Assembly: GCA_050084985.1 (NCBI GenBank)
Contig: JBITNC010000001.1
Coordinates: 169,632,001-169,696,000, forward strand
Source of the DNA: Nageia nagi
Lineage: Eukaryota > Plantae > Pinophyta
Length of the DNA stretch: 64,000 nt
Direction: 5' to 3'
In this document: in pieces, positions 23,959 through 36,006 of the stretch
Layout: each line of letters starts with the position of its first letter
Position numbering within the stretch: the stretch's first letter is position 1
Notes under the pieces: generated by a model
Database searches by the model: none
What the model was told of the DNA's origin: nothing
The model's input: the letters and a program-made list of their open reading frames with translations, nothing else
Position numbers and translations under genes: made by a program

Positions 23959-26699
23959 ACTATGTTCCTTCTATTTTACGCTTGTTGAGAGTCTATATCT
24001 TCTTTGAACATACCCTAACATCCATGCCACTATTCTAACATAAGTTCTTACATCATCCTCTCAAAGTGTCCTCCAAACACCTATTCACCTCCCACCATTA
24101 TTCATTATATCGATCACCAATCAATTTATTAATCCTCCAAATGAGCCACAACAACTTCAAGGTTAATCACATAAGCATGTCATTTCATCAATTTATTTCC
24201 ATAGTCTTCACATTTTACCAACATCCCCCATCCATAGTTTTTATCTATTTCTTATTCATAACTTCCATATTTTTTCATCCATAAGTTACCTCTCATACAT
24301 TTTTGTTTTCTAAATTGCACCAACTAAAAAAACTAATTTAATGAGATTGAATGTTTCCTTTACATCTCATTGATCTAAAATAAAAAAGGAGGAGCTGCAA
24401 ATGAAAAATTGATAATGAGAGGTGGTCTTTATAGTCATAGTGATCATATAGTGATACAAAAGTATTATTTCTAGAAGAGATCCTATCAAATGAAGAATCT
24501 TCCAATACACAAACCATGTCATGAGAGAAGATTTTTATAGTGATAATGATCACATTGTGATATGGAAGCATTACTGCTACAAAAGACCCTATCAAAATGA
24601 TAGAAATTGAGGTTTATTTCCAAGAAGGATTTTGATAAAATAAAAGTGATTCAAAGCCTATTATAATGCAAAATATTTCTTATCATAAGATCATGTGTAG
24701 AAGTAGAAATAGATTTTGAAGTTTTAGCTTTTCATTGTCATAAAAAAAGTGTTATGAAGCCATTTTATAGGACTTGCATCTTGAACCATGCATTCAAATG
24801 CCACAAAATTTAAACTGTGTTTTCTCCATGATATTTATTACCTATGGTTTATATTTAAGCATATAATTCATTTATAGTTGCTTCCAATTCATTCGCCAAG
24901 TTAGCTTCCAACATATTTTTTTTGTTTAATTCCCAATTGTTAAAAGTGAGAAATTGTCATTTTTTATTGCTTATAAATTTTTGAATATATTCTCACATAC
25001 CTTAAAATTTATAACATATGTTCATGGTAATATAATGCACAAATGGTTTAAATTTTAGCTCATAAATCTTGATTATTTATTCTTTCCAAGCTCTCCAAGG
25101 TAGTCTTCGATGAAGGATTATACATATTGGTAATGAGGCCATTTTTTGTATGGAGGCTACACAAAAGTACATCAACATAGTTTAGATAGTGTAAATTGGT
25201 TCTTTATAAAATGTTATGGTTATAAAAGAATTGATAACTTGAATATGAAAGATAAAGGCATAAGATGCACATGAATTATTTGATAAAGATGAATAAAGAT
25301 ATATAATACGAGTCAAAAAATGATGTTATTTGATTATGAAATGGCTTCAAGCAAGATGTCTATAAACCATGGAAGAGAACACAAGGTATTTGATGGCCAT
25401 TGATACATCTAGTGATATTTTAGTCACTATAATGTAAAAAAAATGATACAGTCATCAGTGATAATGTTGACATTGGCTCATACCCAATGAATGATGCATG
25501 CCATTGTGTATCCAATATGTAAATTTCATTGTACATATTGCCATGCAAGATTATTCATAGTGGAAGAAATTCCTAATGAACCATGTAGTGACTCAAGATT
25601 TAAATCCTTTATAAGCACAAATGCCAATATATAATAGCAATCATACCAAAGTTGGTATAAAGTAATTACATCTTTACTGATGAAAAGGAAAGAGATTACA
25701 TAAGTAATCTAGATTGAGAATCAAGTATTCAAAATATTGAACTCAATCAATTTTTTTACCTAGATGTATGATGCAAGAGCATCCTAGGTGAATTTGAAAT
25801 CTTCCATCAACCAAAAAGGAATAAAGCTTGCCATATTGATGTTGAGTTGGATTGGATTCCACAAAATGAGATTGAAGGAATTCAAGTGTTGGTTGTCTTC
25901 ATCCATTACTTGTGAATAACTCTCACAAGGTAATCAAGGCATCCTTTAATATTCTTTCTTTTTCCTATATTTTTTAGTTTAACCACTTCCACTTGCATGA
26001 TATTTAATAATTTTACCATTGTTGTTCTCACATTCCATAATCTCCATTCTCTTTTCCATAATCCTTATACTATTCCAAATCCTCCATTTTAAATATAATA
26101 TTCATATATCTACTAGCCACCATTTCCTTATTATAGCTCCCTTAACTATTGATATTTTCCTCCTTTTATACTCTTTCAATGTGTGTGAGGATGCCCATAT
26201 TTTTGAGTTGGGGGAAATACAATGGTTTGTTCTACCATCCTCCTTTGATGTATGAGATGCACATATGGTTGAGTTGGGGGAGATATGTAAGCTTTCTTCA
26301 TGAATTTAAATAAAATACATATATAATTAAGTGGAAAAAAGCATGATATATTGATGTCACTCATTTAACCATAATAGATATATCAAATGTTAAAAAAAAA
26401 GGAAAGGTGAATGAATCACTTGATGCATGTAAGAAATTTTGTAAATGCTTGTATGATGATATATAAGATCTTTTAATTAGGGGGGTGATGATTCCATGAA
26501 ATTTCCATTTTTACACCCATTTGCATTCATTTTACTTCACCATTTCATATTTTATTCATATTTCTATGGCAAATTTAGTATTTATTATGTATAGTTGGAA
26601 AGTTGATTAATAGATGAATATTGTGGAAAAGATAAGAAATTAGAACTTAATCTTGATGTATTTGATGGATATTATGTTCTTTAATGTTTCTAATAAAGA

Positions 26700-27200
26700 T
26701 AAGAGGTTGTAGATAGATTCTTGCAACTACTTGTAGTTGCTTGCAACCACTTGCAATTGTTTGCAGTTGCTTGCAACTACTTGCTATCATTTGTAGTTGC
26801 CTGTAACCACTTGCAATTGTTTGCAACCACACAAAGAAAATCAATTGAAGGCCCTTTCTTGTAGCTACTTGTAACCACATAAATCACATGAATACATTTA
26901 CTTGAAATTTCCTGCCACATACAAATATACCTAATAAGTTAGTCATCCATGCTCAATCAAGTGCTTGTAACTACCTGTAATGTGTAAAGCTTCCCAACCA
27001 ATCAGTTATCCATACTTAGTAAATAGCTTGCAACTACCTACAACATGCAATATGCTCAACCAATAAACCAAATACTTGCAACTGCCTAAAGTTTTTTAGT
27101 TAAAGGTTCTTACTTATAGTGGCTTGTAACCACATGAATACCTTTGCTTGTAGTTGCTTGCAAATACAAAGTCATCCAATTGAAGATCATGGCCTATAGT
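26700..27200. repeat. ~20-bp minisatellite (GTTGCTTGCAACCACTTGCA) present only in the 3' LTR
   Basis: Tandem copies at 26720-26830 and dispersed copies to ~27170; this explains ORF 26647-26880. Confidence 0.85.
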
Positions 27201-28377
27201 GGTCTGCACATTGCACATAATTAATCACTATAATATCATTGCATAAAGTGGTTTGCACATTGAACATATTTAGTCACTCAATCTACTCAGCTAGATGCTC
27301 ACAACTAGTAGCCTACCTAACAAAGTGCAGAATTGATTAAGTGTTCATAAATTAGAGAAAAATGATAAACTATGTCTTTATTAATGATATAAGAAGGGGT
27401 TATACGTATCATAATTGTGCAAATAGTACACCATTAGAAAGGTTTACAAGCTTTATTTCTAATTGTATAATAAGAACAAGAAATTAAAGTATAAAGAAAG
27501 TTATAACCCTCGAAATTTTATAGCTTTTACCAATTGTCTATAGTTTGAAAATTATTTTTCTGTGTTGACAGTATTACAAAAAGTGATAAAACACATTCTT
27601 GTAGAGATGATATGAGATACTTATTTTCATCAAATATAGGTGTATGATATACCATTGGAAAGGTGGTCAAACAAGCTTTCCAACTATATATCAAGTGATG
27701 CAAATGGATTTATATAGAAAAAGTTATAATGGATACAAAATGGTAATTAGTGAAGATGTGACCATAATGTGATATACAAAAAAATAATTGCATAAGTGGC
27801 CAATTTTGATTTTCATCAGGAATGGAAAAACTAACAGTTTAAAAATAAGTATTATGAATGTTTAGAGGCATCTCAAATTATTCCACATCAAAACAAATTA
27901 GTTGCAAGCATTAGAATCAAATTAAATGTACTGTTAGCATAAAGTTGATTTAGTTATTTTGAATAAAGATAAAGTTATTTTGTAAAGATTCATTCCCATA
28001 GCTATATAAGCATTGTATGCTTGAGGAGAAGATTATTATGTAATGTTGGGGAGAAAATAAGTGAAGGTTGCATCATATTTGTAAGTTTATATTTCAATTT
28101 ATGGAGTTTCTAATATAAGTTAAACTAAGTAGAGTAGGATAGGAGAAATCAATCTACTCCTACTTGTGTGGTATGATTTACTTTCTTGCAATTTTAATGT
28201 TATCTAGAATAGAATTTTCTTTCTACAACTTTATTGGTTTCTAGATTAGAGTATTTTTTCTTGCAAATGTAAAGTAAGACTAGTTTCTCAGGGCATTTGC
28301 ATATACAATGCATAATACCTTGTAAAATATCTAGATCCTTGGTTGATAAATTAAAATTAAAAATCAAAATGTAATCA

Positions 28378-31300
28378 AAGATGCTAGTTTACAAGTTACT
28401 ATGCAATGCAAGTTAGCTTTTGCTATTAGTAATAATTTCATTAATGAGGTGATTTGTGGTGTTATGTTTGGACACACATATTTCTAGGAAAGATATGCCA
28501 TTTATTTTAGGATATTAAACTATTATAAGATTATGAATAATGGTAAGACCTATGATATTAATTCCTATAGGAGTCAAAAGCATATGTAGTTAGTTACAAT
28601 GAGCCAAGTGAAGAGATTGATCAATGCTAGCAAGAAGTTTTTCATGTAATTCATTAGACCAAGTGGTAAGTATTCTATTGGAAAAGTGTTAGTGCTAGAT
28701 TTACATTATTTATTAACACTAATGCTATCCTCAGTACCCACACTGAGTCCCTAATGGTTGTAGATACAAAATGTGTTGCATGATTTCTCTGAGTTATTTG
28801 TTGAAGCTAGAGGACTACCTCCCAAAAGAAGTATTGAACATGAGATTTAGTCATGATCTAATTCTCCAATTCCTAACATTGGCTTTTATTGGTAGTCCAT
28901 TGTAGAGTGTGAGGAGATTAAGTAGCAAATTTGGAAGCTTCTTGATTAGGGAGTGATCAAACCTAACACTTCTTCATGTGGTTACCTTGTGGTTATAATA
29001 CCGAAGAGTGGAGAATTTATTTTGATTATAGGGCATTGAAAAAAATAATGATCAAGAATTGTTATCCATTACCTCACATTAATGATATTATGGATCAGTT
29101 GTAGGGAGAAATAACATTTTTCAAGTTGGGTCTCAAGAGTGGTTACCATTAAGTAAGAATCAAGAAAGAGGATTTTTGGAATAATGCTTTTAGGATAAGA
29201 TAAGGCTTATTTGAGTGGGTCGTGTTACCTTTTTTCCTTGCAAATAATTGGCTACCTTCATGAGTGTAATGAATGAAGTTCTTAGACCTTTCATTGTTTT
29301 TTTTATTATGTATTTAGATAATATTCTTATCTATATTAACTCTTGGGATGAGCACCTTGTGCATCTTAGAAAAGTGTTGTAAACTCATAAGGATGAACAT
29401 TTATTTTTGAAGTTTAGTAAATATGAGATTGGCAAGTGTATTTTGGTTTACTTGGGGCATGTTGTAGGTGAGGGAAAAATGAATATTGATCTTGACAAGG
29501 TGAGAGACATTGGTGAATGGCCTATACCTAGTAATGTGATAGACCAGAAATTTCTTATGGGCTATTTAATACCTTAAGAAAATTCATTTACAATTTTTCT
29601 AGTATTGCTTCTCCATTGCATGATGTGACTAGTAAGAAGTTAGTTTTTCAATGAGGTAAGAAGAAATAATCATAATTTGATTCTCTAAAGGAGAAGATTA
29701 TGAATACACCTATATTGGCACTTTCTAATTTCCTACAACCATTTGATATTGAGCCTGATAGAAATGATTATACCATGGGGTAATTTTTGATGCAAGGAAG
29801 AAAACCTATATGTTATCATTTTGACAAGTTTAGTGGAATTGTGATAAATTACCCTACCTACAATAAGAAGTTATTTTCTTTGGTTTAGGATGTGAAGAAG
29901 TGGAAGCATCACTTGGTGGGAAAGGAGACAATAATCCATATGGGCCATCTATCTTTGTAATACTTACAAACTCAAAGTAAGTTACAATAGACTAGGCATA
30001 TTCGTTGGGTGGATTTTTTTACAAAAATTTCATCTAATAATAAAGTATAAGAAGGGTTGTACCAATAAAATTTCTAACATGTTATCAAGAAGTCTAGTAC
30101 CAGCACTTTTAGAAGTACCCATGCTAGCATTGGAAAATTAGAATGTATCAAGTTTAAGTACTATGATATCTTTTACTCCATTTATTTAGGATGCATAGAA
30201 TGAGGGATATTTGTTAGATTCATAGTTTAAGAATGTTTACTTGAAGTTTAATCAATCTTCTATTCATATATTTGATGAGAATATTGATTATCATATAAAG
30301 GATGGACTTATTTATAAGTTGAATGCTTTGTGTGTTCCTAAAGGAGAAAGATTTTAGTTGATCAAGGAGGCTCATTCATCTTGTATTTTTAGTCATATTC
30401 TTGTCTATAGTAACTCTTGGGATGAGCACCTTGTGCATCTTAGAAAAGTGATGTAAAATCTTAAGGATGAAAACTTATTTTTGAAGTTTAGCAAATGTGA
30501 GTTTGGCAAGTGTATTTTGGTGTACTTAGGGCATGTTGTAGGTGAGGGATAACTAAATATTGATAATGAGAAGGTGAGACTCATTATAGAGTGGACTAGA
30601 CCTAGTAGTGTAACTAAGACCATAAGTTTCTTAGGGGTTACCTTTGAAAATTCATTTATGATTTTTCTAGTATTACTTCTCCATTGCATGATGTGACTGG
30701 TAAGAAGTCAATTTTTTGGTGTAGTAATAAGAAAAAATCATAATTTGATTCTCTAAAGGAGATTACTATGAATCCACCTATATTGGTACTTCCTAATTTG
30801 CAACAACCATTTGAGATTGGTAATTATGCAAGTGATTATGCCATGGGGGCAGTTTTGATATGGCAAGGAAGGAGACCTATGTGTTATCATTATGAGAATT
30901 TTAGTGGATTTGTGATTAATTATCCTACCTATGATAAGGAGTTATTTTCTATAGTTCAAGTTGGCAAAATTGGAGGCATTACTTGGTGGGAAAGGAGATG
31001 ATAATTTGTATGAACCATTAACTTTTGCAATATTTACAAACTCAAAGTAAGTTACAACAAACTAGGCATATTCATTTGATGGGGTTTTTGCAAAAATTTC
31101 ATATCATAATCAAGTATAAGAAGGGTTGTACCATTAAAATTGCTAACATGTTATCTAAACCTTAAATGTCAGTGCTTTTGGAAGCACCCATGCTAGCGTT
31201 GGGAGACTAGAATGTATCAAGTTTAAGTACTATGATGTATTTTACTCCATTTTTTTAGGATGCATATAAAGAGGGATATTTATTAGATTCATACTTTAAG

Positions 31301-32690
31301 GATGTTTACGTGAAGTTGACTCAATCTTCTAGTTACATATTTGATGAGGAGATCGATTATTATATGAAGGATGGACTTCTTTATAATTTGAATGCTTTGT
31401 GTGTTCCTAATTAAAGGAGAAAGAGTTCAATTGGTCAAGGAGGATCATTCATCTTATATTTTTAGTCATTTTGGTGTTGACAAGGTAGTGGTAAGTAATC
31501 AAAGATATGTGTATTGACCTATTTGCTATTTTAGCAAGTTATAAGCTATATTAGGGGTTGTGTGATGTATTGCACTAGTAAGCTTAGTAATTGTAAGTTA
31601 GGTTTGTATCAAACACTTCATGTTCCTAAAAAACCTTAAGAGAGTATATCCATGTACTTTATAGGAGTATTACCTATATACAAGTGAGGACATGATTAAT
31701 TATTTTTTATGGTGGATCATTTTGGTAAGATGTGTATTTTGATTCCATGTAAGAAGACTATTATTGGTCAAGATGATGTATGAAGACTATTATTGGTCAA
31801 GATGAAATGAATTTATTATTTTCTCATGTGTATGTTCATTTTGGTTTACCTAATTCTATTTTTTCAAATAGGAATAGTATATTTTTGGGAATGTTTTGGA
31901 CTTCTTTGTGGGAAAGGATTGATAATATGCTAAAAAGGAGTACTTTTCACCCTCAAATTGATGGACAAACTAAGGTGATAAATAGGATATTAGTTCAATT
32001 TCTTATAGGGTATTGTGACAAGAATAATAAAACTTGGGATGATCATCTTGTTTGTATCTAACATGTGAAGCATGTTTTGGGTACCTTCCACCATCACCAT
32101 TTGATTGTGTTTTTGGGAAGCATAAGAATCCCAAAGAAACCAATATTAAGGAGGAAGAGAAAACTAAAAGATTCCTTGAGAGGATCAGGATTGTCCACTT
32201 AAAGGTTCATTATTAACAACTTAAGGCTAGCCAAAGTAAGTATAATTTGAGACATGATAAGAATAGGATTGATCATAAATTCAAATTTTATGATCAAGTT
32301 TGGCTTCATCTCAATAAGGACAGGTTATAAGGACCTATAAAAAGTTGAAAACCATCAGATATGGACCATTTGAGATACTTGAGAAAGTAAGTGAGAATGC
32401 CTTCACATTGAATTTTCCACCTTATATGCATATTTATTCAGTTGTTAATGTTGATAACTTGAAGTTAGTTGAGCCATTTATGATGACTAATGTTGGGGTA
32501 GAAGTTGGGCAAGTCTTACCATCTATTAATGACTTCGTACCAATCATAATGGATGAGTTGAAGGAAGATTCCATTTTGAAAAAGAAGGTTTGTACTATAA
32601 GGAGGGGTCAATAAGAGTTTTGGTTAGTTGGGTAGAAAGGAAAATTACCTATAAAATCTATGTGTTATGATAAGGTAAAGGTTCCTCTCA
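28378..32690 (+). pseudogene. Gypsy pol: protease C-terminus, RT, RNase H (tandemly duplicated), integrase, chromodomain-like tail
   Basis: GLPPKRSIEHEI; DYRALKK..YPLPHI; YLDNILIY; LPNLQQPFEI..ASDYAMGAVL; HFGLPNSIFSNR..STFHPQIDGQTKVINR; YGPFEILEKV. Confidence 0.95.
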
Positions 32691-33425
32691 ATAAGTGACT
32701 CTTAATTGTGCATCTTATATCAAGGTATCTTTTAACTTGAATATCAAAATACCTATAAAATCTAAGTTGGGCATGTGGATGTAACTAGATACTTGGTGGT
32801 TGTAAATTGAATATTATAGTTTTGGATGTTTTGATAGACATTTATGTAAAATATGGAAGAATGCACAAATCCTATGAATTATTTGATAAGATGCATGATG
32901 CAAACATAGTTTCATGGATTTAAATTATTAGAGGATATGTAATGCATGGCTATAAAAAGAATTCCCTTAAAATATTTGATATGATGAAGCACTTTGGAAT
33001 AAACCATAATAGCATAACCTTTATATATGTTCTACTTATATGCAAATATCCATATCTAATGGATGAAGGTTATAAATACTTAATAGTATGAGTTATTATT
33101 GCTCATGTAGGCTATCTCAAGGAAGCTTAAAAATTCATTGCTAAACTACCCATAAAATATGAATTGGGTATGTGTATATGTCTAGCTATTTGGTGCTTGT
33201 AAACTAAATGTTATGGTTTTGAATATCCTCATGTATGTAAAATATGTAAGAATTTAATAATTGGATGATATGAAATTCATGGCTATAGTAAGGATGCCCT
33301 TAAACTCTTTGATTTGATGAAGCACTTAGGAACCAACACTAATAGCATAAATTTTATATACGTTTTTGAATGCAATCATCTAGATTTAGTGGATAGGGGT
33401 TGTAAATACTTTAATAACATGTGTA
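32690..33425 (+). pseudogene. Second block of the rearranged PPR repeat unit
   Basis: Same unit and junctions as 15900-17129 (LIDIYVKYGRMHKSYELFDKMHDANIVSW..GYVMHGY..FDMMKHFG; TACTTGGTGGTTGTAAATTGAATATTATAG). Confidence 0.88.
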
Positions 33426-35036
33426 TACATGAAATATTTGCAAAATAGGTGAGGGGATTAGTTATAATAAATAAACAATACCCAAAGAATAAATGGTGTA
33501 CTTGGGTTAACTATGGCTATAATATGATAAGATAAATATGGATTTAGAGATATCCTCTTATGTTCAAGTTTTTCTTTCTTTGAGAATTTAATAGAAACAA
33601 ACCTTAATGTAATCTATATAAATGAGGAGGATCTTAACCTTGGTCCCTTAAGAACTCATGGTGCCCAATATGGAGTTTAACCCTTTTTGGATGGTAGTAG
33701 GCTTCCAAAACACTCACTAAAATGGTGTATAGAAAATAGTTGTATGCTTATTATGCCTATGATTATGTGTTATATAATGTAGATTTATTCCTAATTGATT
33801 CTTGCTAATAAAGATTGATAAATATTATAATAAATATAATGATAAAGACCTTAATATGCCAAAATGAGCTTTAAGAATTTAATACAACAAAAAACTTATG
33901 ATGATTCAAGAAGAATACCTAAATAGGTTGTATTGATAACTAAAAATACCCATAAAGCCTAATATTAAATTTAACATAGCCAACACTAATGAGTATGATC
34001 AAGATTAATGGAGTGCAAATTAATATAATATTTAACCTACAAATATAAAATAATATGAAAATAAGTATGTACAATACCTCAAATTCATTTAGAACACCTT
34101 CCTTATCCCCAAAATGCTTATAATATATGATAATTATACCAAAAAGGGCATTTAGAGGTAATTTCAAACCCTCACCAAAGCCCTTTACTAATGATTATCT
34201 TCCCAACATCTAAGTTTGAGTTAATAAAACTCTATTTTCTATGGAGATAACTAATATGCATTAGCTTATGGTGACATAAATTACCACTTAAGGTTCAAAT
34301 GATGTGGTTATAACCTACCCCCTTAAAGTATATGGGAGTGGTTCAAAACCACCATCTTAAGAAGTATAAGGGTGGTTTGAAACTACCATAATAGTTTTTA
34401 AAGGGGCACTTTATGATTAGCCTATATATTTTAATGGTGTGATTTAAAACTACCTGTTAACAATTAATTTTGTTGAATATTTTTATGATCACTAAGATTA
34501 ACCTAGGTGGAGACTAAGTTAAGCATTCACATTCAACAATGCATATTACAATATGAATATAGATAAGGATATAATAAAGTAATGTAATAAGAATTAATAA
34601 TAGCTATGGATAATAAAGATGTAACAAAAATAAATGATGCCCTAACTATTAGATTAAATCTATAACCTATGGGGGAGAGATAAAAGAGAATGTACTTGTC
34701 ACCTTACCTGGATGAAAAATCACAGGCACAAACTTTGACTTATCGAGAGAGAATGATCTTGGTATGTGAATCCCTCTAATGAATACAATATTAAACCTTA
34801 ACATGAATGCTAATGATAGCATAAATACCAATAATAATGCAAATGTTGAGCCTCCAATGGTAGTTCAAATTCTAACTGTAGTACGAACACGAAGCCTTTG
34901 ATAGAGAAAATTTTACAACCAAGATCTAAAGTAGAGAAATAAATAACAAGCCTAGTCTAGCATATAATAGACTAAAAGGATGACAAAGCTTGTATAATAT
35001 CAAATCTCTCCCAATAGGCAATGTTGATGAATAACT

Positions 35037-35148
<112 letters not shown>

Positions 35149-35840
35149 TACTCTCTTGTTCTTTCTATGAAGCTCTCAAATCATCAAAGTTTGATGATAG
35201 TTGCTTCCCCCTCTTTGCATTGATTTTGGAGAGGCGAACTCTTTAACAAATCAAAATAATTAAATATAAAGAATAACTTGTAAAAATAAAGATAAAAAAT
35301 AACATCTTCCAAAATATACATGTGATTATTACTTAAACATATAGCAATAGTTAGAGCAATAAATAATATCATATGTGTACATAATATCTTCATCATAATT
35401 CTTAATTCCCTATTCATGGATAAAAATTGTTACACTAGGACCAAGAATCTAATTCATGAACTTATGTAATAACATTCCATCTCAAAAAATATAACATTAA
35501 ACAACAAAGATGAAATAAATATAATATGTAAACATCATCATTGAAGTAAAAAATACTCTATTCTTGAATATACATTATAATAGTAGGACCTAATGCCCCA
35601 TTCATGGATGTAAACATACAATCATAAAGAGAACATTCATAATGATGTTTAGTTTGTACCCAACCAAAAATGTTGACCATAAAATCATATCATAGTGATG
35701 GTTAGTTTAAACCAAACTAATAAAGGTGAGCATAAAATCATATCATAAAGGTTATGGTTATTTATATGTCCACCCAAAAGGGACTATAAAGGTATAACAT
35801 GAATATAATACAAACTAATGGTTTAGCATGGAGCCAAAAG

Positions 35841-36006
35841 AAAATATAAGGTTCTAGTGTGAAGCTAGTAGAAAATATAAGGGTCCAATGCGAAGCTAGA
35901 AGAAAATATAAGGTTCTAGTGTGAAGCTAGTAGAAAACATAATGCTCTAGTGCAAAGCTAGTAGAAGATATAAGGTTCTACCATGAAGCTAGTAGAAAAA
36001 TATAAG
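35841..36006. repeat. 31-bp minisatellite (GAAAATATAAGGTTCTAGTGTGAAGCTAGTA), ~5 copies
   Basis: Direct tandem copies are visible in the sequence. Confidence 0.92.

Larger units (their letters stand above)
20765..28377 (+). mobile_element. Athila-like non-autonomous LTR element nested in the gypsy protease
   Basis: LTRs at 20765-22143 and 26486-28377 (TGATGA..AATCA). PBS TGGCATCATTATTGGG (22148-22163) differs from tRNA-Asp TGGCGCCGTTGCCGGG only by transitions. PPT AGGGGGG lies before 26486. TSD AATAT/AAGAT; removal restores the protease frame MHKDASLQV. Confidence 0.9.
19002..32690 (+). mobile_element. Chromovirus-like Ty3/gypsy retrotransposon, interrupted by a nested element and lacking its 3' LTR
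   Basis: LTR end CTCCTACA at 19436 and PBS-Met-like TGGTATTAGA at 19442, then gag, protease, RT, RNase H, integrase, GPY/F and a chromodomain-like tail in gypsy order. The LTR start at 19002 (TGTAG) is uncertain. Confidence 0.88.

Noticed and set aside
26647-26880. Repeat protein LQTIASGCKQ
   Set aside because: It is a translation of an LTR minisatellite.
35841-36006. CRISPR-like 31-bp repeats
   Set aside because: The copies are head-to-tail with no unique spacers, there are no cas genes, and the context is plant TE DNA.
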